A stretch of DNA of 64,000 bases from Campylobacterota bacterium (lineage in GTDB: Bacteria > Campylobacterota > Campylobacteria > Campylobacterales > Arcobacteraceae). Location of the stretch: contig JBNJFB010000001.1 of the NCBI GenBank assembly GCA_051746405.1, forward strand, positions 118,335-182,334. Reading direction: 5' to 3'. The notes under the pieces are model-generated. The model searched no databases. It had not been told where the DNA came from and saw only the letters and a list, made by a program, of their open reading frames with translations. Positions within the stretch are counted from its first letter, which is position 1. Every line of letters begins with the position of its first letter. Position numbers and translations under genes: made by a program. This document shows positions 19,440 through 28,915 of the stretch, piece by piece.

Positions 19440-20466
19440 ACTTTTCCCTTTTATAATTATCCATAAACTCTTTAATAAGCTCATCTTCAATACTATCATA
19501 GATATTACTTTCAAAAGCTTTTAGTAGCATATCATATGCTTTTTGCTTTGGAATACCTCTTGATTGTAAGTAAAGTAACTCATCTTTATTTAAAGTACCT
19601 GTTGTAGCACCATGACTTGCATCTAATTCATCTATTAATATCTCTAAGTGAGGCTGTGCAAAGATAGTAGCTTCATTAGATAATAAGATTGTATTAGAGT
19701 TTTGGTAAGCTTTTGAGTATAAAGCTTTTTTATTTACAATTGATTTGGCTTTAAAAACTGCTTTTGATTCATCTTTTAAAGTGTGTTTATAGTTTATATC
19801 ACTAGTTGAACTTTCATTGTTGTGTGTTGTTGTAATAAGGTTAGTTGTATTTGCACTATTAATTGATTTTACAAGTCCGTTTAGATTATAGTAAATATCT
19901 TGATTATCTATGCTATTTTCATAACTATTTATAATAAGTCCATTGCCAAACTCAAAGTTTGTAAATCTTGCTTTTGAACTATCTTTTTGATTTATAATAG
20001 AGTTATAAAGTAAAGAGTTTGTTTCATCTATATGTTGAACCTTTGCATACTCAAAAACTGCACCTTCACCTATATCAAACTGTCTATTTACACTAAAAGC
20101 ACTATTTTGTGATGAGTTTGTAAATACTTCTATTATTGAAGCTTTAATACCCTTTTTTACTTCTATTTTTAAAGAGTTTGAGTAAAGAGTATCATTCTCA
20201 TCTAGTTTATAGATTAAACAAATAGGTTCAGGAATATTTGAGTCTATTGTAAGTACTGTTTGCTCTTTTTCTAAACTTTTTGTTATCTCAAAAAAAGGAT
20301 TAGAGTACTTATTTGTATCTTCAATAGTTTTAAGTCCTACAATATCTAATTCATAACTTTTAACATTTGTAAAGTCAGTTGAAAAAAGTGAAGAGAAATC
20401 TACTTTTCTAAATAACTCATCAGTTTTTTTAGGAAATTTTATATTTTCTAAACTATTTATTCTCAT
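19432..20466 (-). CDS. sufD: SufD
   Basis: PHLEILIDELDASHGATTG, LYLQSRGI; position in the operon. Confidence 0.9.
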   Translation of the reverse strand: MRINSLENIKFPKKTDELFRKVDFSSLFSTDFTNVKSYELDIVGLKTIEDTNKYSNPFFEITKSLEKEQTVLTIDSNIPEPICLIYKLDENDTLYSNSLKIEVKKGIKASIIEVFTNSSQNSAFSVNRQFDIGEGAVFEYAKVQHIDETNSLLYNSIINQKDSSKARFTNFEFGNGLIINSYENSIDNQDIYYNLNGLVKSINSANTTNLITTTHNNESSTSDINYKHTLKDESKAVFKAKSIVNKKALYSKAYQNSNTILLSNEATIFAQPHLEILIDELDASHGATTGTLNKDELLYLQSRGIPKQKAYDMLLKAFESNIYDSIEDELIKEFMDNYKREKYV

Positions 20467-21208
20467 CTTTTATTCCTATTCCCTCAAAACCTTTTTTATC
20501 AAGTTCCAAGGCTAGATTATAATCTCCTGTTTTTACTATCTTCCCATCATTAATTATATGTACGAAGTCTGGTTTGATTAACTCTAGAAGTCTATCATAG
20601 TGAGTAATCATAAGTATTGATTTTTTGCCATCTAACATACTGTTTATTACATTTGCTACTGTTTTTATAGCATCCACATCAAGACCTGAATCAATTTCAT
20701 CAAGCATAATCAAATCAGGATTTAATAAAAGTAACTGTATTAACTCATTTCTTTTCTTTTCACCACCACTAAAACCTTCATTTAAATCCCTTTGTAAAAG
20801 TTTTTTATCTAAATTGAATTTTGAAGTCTGTTCTTTTACAAGTTTTAAGAAGTCCATTGCATCAATTTGCTCTTCTTTATGGTATGCTTTTTTTTCATTT
20901 ATTGCAGTTTTTAAAAAGTAGCTATTATTAACTCCAGGAACTTCAACAGGATTTTGGAAACTCATAAAAATACCTTCATTTGCACGTTCACTTACATCCA
21001 AATCAAGTAAATTTTTCTTTTTATAAGTTACAGCACCTCCTGTTACTTCACAGTCATAGTGAGCACTAAGGGTTTTTACAAGCGTTGATTTACCAGCACC
21101 ATTTACACCCATAATAGCATGTACTTCTCCCTCATTTATCTCTAAATCTAAACCTTTTAAAATCTCTTTTTCATTTATCTTTACTTTTAAATCTTTTATA
21201 TCTAACAT
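20453..21208 (-). CDS. sufC: SufC ATPase
   Basis: GVNGAGKST, NEGFSGGEKKRNE, LDEIDSGLDVDA, ITHY. Confidence 0.96.
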   Translation of the reverse strand: MLDIKDLKVKINEKEILKGLDLEINEGEVHAIMGVNGAGKSTLVKTLSAHYDCEVTGGAVTYKKKNLLDLDVSERANEGIFMSFQNPVEVPGVNNSYFLKTAINEKKAYHKEEQIDAMDFLKLVKEQTSKFNLDKKLLQRDLNEGFSGGEKKRNELIQLLLLNPDLIMLDEIDSGLDVDAIKTVANVINSMLDGKKSILMITHYDRLLELIKPDFVHIINDGKIVKTGDYNLALELDKKGFEGIGIKDENK

Positions 21209-21255
21209 TTTTCTAACCTTTTTTTATCAATAATCGTATTAATTTTTATAATAAA

Positions 21256-22692
21256 TTATCCAACACTACCTTCTAAAGATATATTTAACAGCTCCTTAGC
21301 TTCAGCTGCGAACTCCATTGGTAACTCTTTTAAAACCTCTTTACAGAAACCGTTTACTATCATTGAAACAGCATTCTCTTCATTTATACCTCTTTGACTA
21401 ATATAAAATAATTGGTCATCAGAAATTTTTGAAGTTGTAGCTTCATGCTCTATTTGTGCACTCATATTCTTTACTTCATGATATGGATAAGTATGTGCAT
21501 TACACTGATTACCTATTAATAAAGAGTCACACTCAGAGAAGTTTCTAGCATTGTGTGCATTTTTACCAATTCTTACTAAACCTCTATAGGCATTAACACC
21601 TTTCATAGCCGAGATACCTTTTGAGATAATTGTTGATTTTGTATTTTTACCTAAGTGTATCATCTTAGTTCCTGTATCTGCTTGCTGGGCTTTTGATGAA
21701 ATAGCAACTGAGTAAAATTCACCCACACTATTATCACCCTTTAGAACACATGATGGATATTTCCAAGTTAAACTTGAACCTGTTTCAACTTGTGTCCATG
21801 ATATTTTAGAGTTATCACCCTTACATAAACCTCTTTTAGTAACAAAGTTTAAGATACCACCTTTTCCTGTATCATCACCTGGGTACCAGTTTTGTATAGT
21901 TGAGTACTTTATATGTGACTTTTCTAAAGTTACAAGCTCTACAACAGCTGCATGTAGTTGTCTTTCATCTCTTGTTGGAGCTGAACACCCCTCATTATAA
22001 GAAACATATGAACCCTCATCACAGATTATTAAAGTTCTTTCAAACTGTCCTGTATCAAGTGCGTTTATTCTAAAGTATGTTGATAACTCCATTGGACAAA
22101 CTGTGTTTGGTGGAATATAAACAAAACTACCGTCTGTAAAAACAGCTGAGTTTAAACAGGCAAAGAAATTATCGCCAACTGGCACAACAGAAGCTAAATA
22201 CTTTTCTAGCAGTTCAGGATAGCTATTTGCAGCTTCACTAATTGAACAGAATATTATACCTAGTTTCTCTAGCTCATCTTGGTATGTTGTTTTAACTGAA
22301 ACTGAGTCAAAAACAGCATCAACTGCAACACCTGCTAATTGCTTTTGTTCTTCAAGTGGGATACCTAACTTTTCATATGTCTTTAAAATCTCAGGATCAA
22401 CTTCATCTAAAGAACCAAGTGGTTTTTTAGGAGCAGAGTAGTAAGCTATATCATTATAATCAATTTTTGGATAATCTAAATCTGCCCAATTAGGTTCTTC
22501 CATGGTAAGCCACTTTTTATATGCTTTTAATCTAAAATCCAAAAGCCACTGTGGTTCATTTTTTTTCGCGGAAATCGCTTTTATTACATCTTCATTTAAA
22601 CCTTTAGGAAATGTATCACTCTCAACAAGTGTTTCAAATCCAAGTTTATAGTCGCTATTAATAACGTCATGTATCTGTTTATTTTCGCTCAT
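21256..22692 (-). CDS. sufB: SufB
   Basis: [35 protein letters not shown]; start set at ATG 22692 after GGAG. Confidence 0.96.
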   Translation of the reverse strand: MSENKQIHDVINSDYKLGFETLVESDTFPKGLNEDVIKAISAKKNEPQWLLDFRLKAYKKWLTMEEPNWADLDYPKIDYNDIAYYSAPKKPLGSLDEVDPEILKTYEKLGIPLEEQKQLAGVAVDAVFDSVSVKTTYQDELEKLGIIFCSISEAANSYPELLEKYLASVVPVGDNFFACLNSAVFTDGSFVYIPPNTVCPMELSTYFRINALDTGQFERTLIICDEGSYVSYNEGCSAPTRDERQLHAAVVELVTLEKSHIKYSTIQNWYPGDDTGKGGILNFVTKRGLCKGDNSKISWTQVETGSSLTWKYPSCVLKGDNSVGEFYSVAISSKAQQADTGTKMIHLGKNTKSTIISKGISAMKGVNAYRGLVRIGKNAHNARNFSECDSLLIGNQCNAHTYPYHEVKNMSAQIEHEATTSKISDDQLFYISQRGINEENAVSMIVNGFCKEVLKELPMEFAAEAKELLNISLEGSVG

Positions 22693-22732
22693 AACAGACT
22701 CCAATTTTAATTTTTTGTTTTAATATATAGTT

Positions 22733-22751
22733 TAGGATATATATTGTCTTA
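22733..22751. promoter_or_regulatory. 19-bp operator, copy 1
   Basis: TAGGATATATATTGTCTTA. Confidence 0.65.
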
Positions 22752-22789
22752 ATTTAATATAACAGTAAAATAGTAAAAGAAAACTTAAT

Positions 22790-22808
22790 TAGGACAATTT
22801 TTGTCTTA
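22790..22808. promoter_or_regulatory. 19-bp operator, copy 2
   Basis: TAGGACAATTTTTGTCTTA, with the inverted repeat extending into flanking AATT. Confidence 0.7.
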
Positions 22809-22939
22809 ATTGATTAAAGTGCTACTTTAGGTAAGCTTTTAATTTTACTTATGTATTGTGTAGTATAGTGAATATTATTTTACAATAAACTTTCCTAATG
22901 CTATTTATCCAATAATTTTATGTAATATGGAAATTTAAT

Positions 22940-22958
22940 TAAGACAAATTTTATCCTA
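22940..22958. promoter_or_regulatory. 19-bp operator, copy 3 (inverted)
   Basis: TAAGACAAATTTTATCCTA, reverse complement TAGGATAAAATTTGTCTTA. Confidence 0.65.
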
Positions 22959-23002
22959 TTTACAATAAAATATACAAAATATTGATATTTAGGATTACAA
23001 AA

Positions 23003-23533
23003 ATGGAGTCATTTGAGCAAGAAGAGCTAGTATGTGAATGTGCTAGGGTTACTTTAGGAAAAATTATAGAAGTAATTAAGTTAAATGATTTAAAAACAGT
23101 AGAAGAGATTACAGACTATACAAAAGCAGGTGCTTTTTGTAAATCCTGTATAAAACCAGGTGGATATGAGCAAAAAGATATATATTTAGTAGATATATTA
23201 AAAGATACGAGGGCAGAAATGGAAGAAGAAAAACTAAAAACAGCAGTAGATGAAAGTCTAGCAGGTGAACTAACATTTGATAAGATGACTTTAGTTCAAA
23301 GAATTAAAACAGTTGATGAGGTTTTAGACCAAGAGATTAGACCAATGCTAGTAATGGACGGTGGTAATATGGAGATTATTGATATAAAAGAGAATCTACC
23401 CCATTATGACATATATATAAGATACTTAGGTGCATGTTCAGGATGTGCTTCAGGTAGTGGTGGTACACTGTTTGCAATTGAATCTATATTAAAACAAAAA
23501 ATAGATGAGAACATAAGAGTTTTACCTATTTAG
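23003..23533 (+). CDS. NifU-like protein with BFD-like [2Fe-2S] and Nfu domains only; no N-terminal IscU domain
   Basis: VCECARV...AGAFCKSC and DGGNME...YLGACSGC; ATG 23003 preceded by AGGA. Confidence 0.85.
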   Translation: MESFEQEELVCECARVTLGKIIEVIKLNDLKTVEEITDYTKAGAFCKSCIKPGGYEQKDIYLVDILKDTRAEMEEEKLKTAVDESLAGELTFDKMTLVQRIKTVDEVLDQEIRPMLVMDGGNMEIIDIKENLPHYDIYIRYLGACSGCASGSGGTLFAIESILKQKIDENIRVLPI

Positions 23534-23581
23534 TTACTAAAACTAAAAGAAGAATAATACTAATAATACATGGGAAAGCTT

Positions 23582-24490
23582 CTAAGGCTTATCCCTTGTA
23601 CTCTTTTTTTCTATTTTATTGTTACTAGAATTAAATGATAGTATTGTGACTATAAATAAAATTAATCCCATTCCAATATATTGTACTATAGATAATTTTT
23701 CATCTAAAATAGTGATACTAAACAAAGAGGCTGTAACAGGCTCAATCATTGCTATTATTGATGCAACTGCAGGTGGAGTATAGTATAAACCTTTCACATA
23801 AAGAAAAAATGAAATTCCAGCACCAAGCAGTCCTAAAAGTATAAAAAGTAGCCAATATTGAGAGGTTATTGCTGCAATAACTTGTTCATTTTTATTTGTT
23901 ATTATCATTAATATTACCACAAGTACACTAAAGGCTATAGTAAGAACTCCTTGAGCACTACTATAGTTAGCAGCATACTTAAAGCCAAAAATAAATATAG
24001 CATAGCAAAGACCTGATAGAAGTCCTGTTATAACAGCGAAAACTCCAATAGCATCTGCATCTACACTATATATTCGAGTTAGCATAACAATTCCTACTAA
24101 AACAAGTGCAATTGCTATGCACTTTAAAACTGTTGGCTTTTCAATCTTTAAAGCAAATGAAGCTAAATATACAAATATTGGGGCACAATACATTAGCGTT
24201 GATGCAATAGCAACTCCACCCTCTTTTATACTAATAAAATAAAAAGAGAAATTTCCTGCAACCCCTAAACCTGCAATAATTGCCCAAAGCCATAGCTTAG
24301 GGTTATCAAAGCCATTATATTTTGGAGATAAAATTAACCAAAAAAGTGCAAAAATAAGTCCTATTGTTCCACGATAGAGTGATATTACAAAAGGCTCCCA
24401 GCCATGGGATATTAAAATACCCGCAATACCGCCAGTTAAGCCCCAAAAAAATGCTGCTAATATAACAAATGTAGTTGTAACTCTTACCAT
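23582..24490 (-). CDS. DMT/EamA family transporter
   Basis: About 10 TM segments, AAFFWG, IEPVTA, two EamA halves. Confidence 0.9.
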   Translation of the reverse strand: MVRVTTTFVILAAFFWGLTGGIAGILISHGWEPFVISLYRGTIGLIFALFWLILSPKYNGFDNPKLWLWAIIAGLGVAGNFSFYFISIKEGGVAIASTLMYCAPIFVYLASFALKIEKPTVLKCIAIALVLVGIVMLTRIYSVDADAIGVFAVITGLLSGLCYAIFIFGFKYAANYSSAQGVLTIAFSVLVVILMIITNKNEQVIAAITSQYWLLFILLGLLGAGISFFLYVKGLYYTPPAVASIIAMIEPVTASLFSITILDEKLSIVQYIGMGLILFIVTILSFNSSNNKIEKKSTRDKP

Positions 24491-24646
24491 TTATATCCTT
24501 TATGAGAGAAAAATTATCAATTAAGAGTCTGTTAATAGGATTGCTGTTAGAATCAAACTATTGCATTTGTACAAGCTTTTTTATAAAAAATAACTTATAA
24601 TTAAAAGCTAGTTTAGATATTTTTAAATTTATTAGTAGGAGTTATT

Positions 24647-24838
24647 ATGACAGCTCAAGATAAAGAGTTAGCTCAATTACACGATACAATTGTTGATGAT
24701 GTTGAATCATTAGTTAATAAATATATATCAATTGTTAGTTGGGATGTACCTGAAAACGATGAAGACGAAGCTAAAGTTAAAATAGTAAAAGTAATTAAAG
24801 GGGCTATTTTAGATATTGAGAAAAGAAATCAACAGTAA
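24647..24838 (+). CDS. Small acidic hypothetical protein (63 aa)
   Basis: Strong AGGAG RBS; WDVPENDE motif; downstream hairpin. Confidence 0.75.
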   Translation: MTAQDKELAQLHDTIVDDVESLVNKYISIVSWDVPENDEDEAKVKIVKVIKGAILDIEKRNQQ

Positions 24839-24847
24839 CATATGTTA

Positions 24848-24884
24848 TAATTTTCCCCAAAAAGATTTTTTATAGGGAAAATTA
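24848..24884. terminator. Hairpin between the small ORF and the convergent peptidase/ligase operon
   Basis: TAATTTTCCC...GGGAAAATTA arms. Confidence 0.6.
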
Positions 24885-24903
24885 ATAGCATAAAGATTAG
24901 TTA

Positions 24904-27483
24904 TTAAGCATTTCTATTTTCAATTTCATAAAAACTTAATAAAGGTTCACTATAGTTTGGCACATTATCATAACTAAACACAGCAAAATATTTTGAAATA
25001 TTTAACGAACCAAAGTCATCATATGTGTAGTTGTCTTTTCCTGCATATAGTTTATCACCATCATACGGATTTGAAGGTGGATGAAATCTATTTCTAACCA
25101 CATATACACCTACAAAATCTTTATCTTCTGGGTTATCCCAAGTTAGTTTAATTCGTCCATCTTCTTTTGAAAGTTTTAGATTTTTTGGTTGAGCTACTTG
25201 GTCTCTTCTTCTTTGAATATGTTTGATAGTTAAAACAACATCTTCATTCCATTTAATAACATGATCTTTAGTAATTGAAGAAGTTGGTTTTATAACAAAT
25301 TTTGCTAAACTACTATTTTCATGTCTATGCTCTAAGGAGAGTCTAGAGAAACTATCAAATATAAAATGATGTGTTTTTTTTTCTTGTAATAAAGCATGAC
25401 TTACTTCATAACCAATAAACTCTATTCTTTCTCTTTGTTTAATATCTTCATGATTCAATTTTTCAATATCTATAAACTCAAGATTATAACGAATATCTTG
25501 TTTTGATTTTGTTTTGGTCATATTTTTAATACTAATATAAGCCTGTGTAATAACTGTCTGTTTAAAATCAGGTAGCAAAGAAAGATCAAACTCCATATAT
25601 CCATAGATTTTTTCATTTTGATTATCAAAGCCACAGTAAAGCTCATTTTCCATAACTTCATCTTTATACACTGTTGTAATGCTACTTGTTGGTATTTCTA
25701 AACTCTCTTCAGGAACAGTATATTTTATATAAAGATTAGGTCTATAATGAATTCCCCCTCCAAACCTACCATATCCTAAATCAAACATCATCATTTGAGA
25801 ATCCATTCCTAAAGGCAGTTGTGTAGGTCCATTAATTCTAAAAAGAACAGAAGAGTAGTCTTCAAGCTGAGATTGTAAAAGTTTTTTTTCATAATCATTA
25901 AATTGCCAATGACTCCAAATACCTTGTGTAAGTTTTTCTGATGGAATTGTTGCACCTAAAGTTTGTAATAGTTCACATTTATTGATTTGGTCAAAGTCTG
26001 TAATATCTGAAACAGTATCCTTATTAACAAATGAAATAGACCACTCCCCGTATTTTTCAATTTTTGCATTTACACGATTTAAGGGATAAAGTGATAGTTT
26101 TGCTTCTTTTATAATAGCATCTTTTGGCAGTGATTCTAAAGAGAAATCCATCACACCATAGCTAATACCTCTATTTTGACTAACTCCAATAAAAAGCGAA
26201 TTTTTTCCAAAATGTGAACGATTATTCTCTAATGTTTTTTCAGCCACATACCCTACTGAAGATGGTGTTGGAAATACTGTACGAAAAAACTCATCATTTT
26301 CAAGCTCTGTTTGTACACGTAACTGAGGTGCAAAAGGGGATTTTATTTTAGTATCCCTTTGAATTGCACGAATAGAATAATAATAATCTTTTCCACTGGT
26401 TAACTCAATATCTGTAAAACTATTTTTTGTTGTAACACCTACAACAGATGATTCATTATATGCTTTTTTATTTTCATTATTTCTGTATATCTCAAAGTAG
26501 ATATTTTGAGTAGTTTCATACTCCCATTTTAGTGTCACTTCACTTGAAGTTTTACTCTCAACAGTAAACTCCTTTGGTCTTTTAGGAGCTTGTGAAGAGT
26601 AGTTATGAGCTTCACTTAAAGCATATAAAAGTGCAGGAATATTTTCATGAATACTCTCACTCATATTTTGCATATAGTCAGGAATATTTTGAGTTCCCAC
26701 TTCAACAACAGCTGAAATAATACCTTTGCTATAGTAATACTCTCTTCCACTTCCACTAATAAGGTTTTTAGGTGGTTTACCTCTGTGTATTCCATACTTT
26801 CTTCCTGTAACTTTATGAATTTGGTAGTTCATATTTGCACAAATTGTATTTAAATCTGTACCTTCAAGTTCTGCTTCATGATTAAATTTATGAGCAGGGA
26901 AAAATACATTTCCTTGTGAGTGATAATCCAATGCAATTGTAATATTTTCATGAGCATCTACAAAGTTTTTAATAGATAATGTTTCAGGTTCACTAAAAGG
27001 CTCTGGCCCACCATAAACATTTGAGGCTGTATCTTTACTTTTTAGAAATCCTATACTAAAGTTTCTGTTTAAATCTACACCAAAGGTGCCATCTTTGTTG
27101 TCTCTTCTATTTTTTCTCCAGAATGAAAAGTGATTTTTGCTATATTCAAACCCATCTGGATTAAGACAAGGAACAATATATAAAGTATTGTGTGTTAGTA
27201 TTTGTAATATTTCTGGATTAGTTTCATAGTTATTTAAAATATAATCAATAAATGAAACTGCTAATTCATTTCCAATCCATTCTCTAGCGTGAATAGTTCC
27301 TGTATATAAAAGAGCAGGTTTTAAGTTTGCATTTTCTACATGTAAAGATATAGTAGCAAGCATAATATCTCTTTGCTCCCATGTTTTTCCAATTGATTCT
27401 ATTGTTATTAGATGTGGATAGTTTTTTTGACAATCTTTAAGAAACTCGCAAGTTTGCTCATAAGATTTATATTGTTGTTTCAT
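24904..27483 (-). CDS. M14 zinc carboxypeptidase with Fn3 and repeated beta-sandwich domains, no signal peptide
   Basis: IHAREW, WRKNR, GVDLNRNF, DYHSQG, VVEVG; Fn3 patterns VTLKW/YFEIYR/YYYSIRA and IKLTWDNP; start set at ATG 27483 after AAGGAA. Confidence 0.88.
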   Translation of the reverse strand: MKQQYKSYEQTCEFLKDCQKNYPHLITIESIGKTWEQRDIMLATISLHVENANLKPALLYTGTIHAREWIGNELAVSFIDYILNNYETNPEILQILTHNTLYIVPCLNPDGFEYSKNHFSFWRKNRRDNKDGTFGVDLNRNFSIGFLKSKDTASNVYGGPEPFSEPETLSIKNFVDAHENITIALDYHSQGNVFFPAHKFNHEAELEGTDLNTICANMNYQIHKVTGRKYGIHRGKPPKNLISGSGREYYYSKGIISAVVEVGTQNIPDYMQNMSESIHENIPALLYALSEAHNYSSQAPKRPKEFTVESKTSSEVTLKWEYETTQNIYFEIYRNNENKKAYNESSVVGVTTKNSFTDIELTSGKDYYYSIRAIQRDTKIKSPFAPQLRVQTELENDEFFRTVFPTPSSVGYVAEKTLENNRSHFGKNSLFIGVSQNRGISYGVMDFSLESLPKDAIIKEAKLSLYPLNRVNAKIEKYGEWSISFVNKDTVSDITDFDQINKCELLQTLGATIPSEKLTQGIWSHWQFNDYEKKLLQSQLEDYSSVLFRINGPTQLPLGMDSQMMMFDLGYGRFGGGIHYRPNLYIKYTVPEESLEIPTSSITTVYKDEVMENELYCGFDNQNEKIYGYMEFDLSLLPDFKQTVITQAYISIKNMTKTKSKQDIRYNLEFIDIEKLNHEDIKQRERIEFIGYEVSHALLQEKKTHHFIFDSFSRLSLEHRHENSSLAKFVIKPTSSITKDHVIKWNEDVVLTIKHIQRRRDQVAQPKNLKLSKEDGRIKLTWDNPEDKDFVGVYVVRNRFHPPSNPYDGDKLYAGKDNYTYDDFGSLNISKYFAVFSYDNVPNYSEPLLSFYEIENRNA

Positions 27484-27487
27484 TTTT

Positions 27488-28915
27488 TTAAATTTCCTTT
27501 TTAATGTATGTTGTCCATACATTTTGAAGTTTATCAGTAATTTTTTTACTGATTCCTTTGATTTTTGTCAAAATACTTGGGTCTTGTTCTAAAATACCCA
27601 CTACATTTTCAACTTCACCAAACTCTTTTAATATTCTATCAAACTTCTTATTACCAACTCCATCAACAGATGTGATAATATCTTTTAGCTCTTCAACGCT
27701 TAGAATTGGAGTAGTACAACTGCTTTGTGCCTCTTCTGCATTTGGACTAGGGATATCTTTTTTATTACCTTTTATTTTCATTGATTTAAGGCTTTTTAAA
27801 GCAAATCTATCTTGATAGTTCCATTTTTCACTTGGCCACTCTTCTATAACTCTTTTTCTCACATCGTAAATTGGGTAGACTTTATCTAACTCATGAAAAT
27901 ATACCTCTTTTGTACCAAATACTCTTTTCTTTTTACCAAAATATGCACCATCGTAGCTTGGGCTATATTCACCAAAAGTGATGTGTCTCATTGTTCTTAG
28001 AAGTGATTTATCTATCTTACTAAGCTCTTCCCAGTTAAACATAGGAATATGTGGTTTTCTAAAGCGTTTATTACTTAAACTCCACATTAAATATTGTCCA
28101 ATCCAATCTCTTATATAAGGAAATGCTGCAAATGCAGTTGCACACTCAAGAATTCTTACTTTTCCATCTTTTCCAAATGCCACATCACACGCCCAGTACT
28201 CAGCTTTAGCAGCTTTTGATACCTTTACAGCTAAGTCAAGGACTGATTTGGGCACATCCATATAGTCCATACTACCACCTTGAGATGTATTAGTTAGCCA
28301 TTTTCCTTGAGGTGGTCTTCTCCAAAAAGCACAAACAGGTTTATGTCCAATAAGCATAACTCTAATATCTGCATACATAGGTACGAAATCCTGTACATAT
28401 AAAGGGTGGTATTTTTTCTTTTCAATTAGCTCTTTTGCCTCATTAGATGTATCAACTTTATGCACAAAATATCCACCATAGTTTGATGGTCCATAGGATT
28501 TTTTTATAATCATAGGATACTTTGTATCTTTTAAAAACTCTTTGGCTTTTTTTCTATTATAAAAGATATGTGTATTTGGAATGGGTAAATCATATTTCCA
28601 TGCAAATCGTGTTACATTCTCTTTTGATTTATTTGAAAACTGCGTATCAAGTGATGGGATGAACCGCACATTTGGTAAAGCTCTGCTTATTTCTCGAAAT
28701 GTTTCATATGCTGTAGCTGGTATATTACCAATTAGTACCTCAATCTTTTTTCTTTTTACTTCACGAATAAATCTATCTTTATCATTTTTCCAATGATACT
28801 TAACGATTTCTATCTTTTCAGGCCATCCTTTGAAGTTAGAATGATCAAAAAAACGTAGTACATGGTCAAGATATAAAAGACCTAATTTTGGAAGCTTTTG
28901 ATTGTTTTTTTTCAC
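27488..28915 (-). CDS. Divergent RimK-like ATP-grasp ligase with C-terminal tandem HhH
   Basis: PMIIKKSYG, YVQDFVP, DIRV, WLTNTSQGG, ACDV, ILEC; C-terminal VDGVGNKK and IKGISKK. Confidence 0.8.
   Translation of the reverse strand: MKKNNQKLPKLGLLYLDHVLRFFDHSNFKGWPEKIEIVKYHWKNDKDRFIREVKRKKIEVLIGNIPATAYETFREISRALPNVRFIPSLDTQFSNKSKENVTRFAWKYDLPIPNTHIFYNRKKAKEFLKDTKYPMIIKKSYGPSNYGGYFVHKVDTSNEAKELIEKKKYHPLYVQDFVPMYADIRVMLIGHKPVCAFWRRPPQGKWLTNTSQGGSMDYMDVPKSVLDLAVKVSKAAKAEYWACDVAFGKDGKVRILECATAFAAFPYIRDWIGQYLMWSLSNKRFRKPHIPMFNWEELSKIDKSLLRTMRHITFGEYSPSYDGAYFGKKKRVFGTKEVYFHELDKVYPIYDVRKRVIEEWPSEKWNYQDRFALKSLKSMKIKGNKKDIPSPNAEEAQSSCTTPILSVEELKDIITSVDGVGNKKFDRILKEFGEVENVVGILEQDPSILTKIKGISKKITDKLQNVWTTYIKKEI

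Noticed and set aside
27484..27522. Extended N-terminus of the M14 protein in the ORF track (likewise the longer sufS, tyrS, nifU, DUF2892 and greA starts)
   Set aside because: The extensions overlap upstream genes or lack an RBS; downstream ATGs have proper SD sequences
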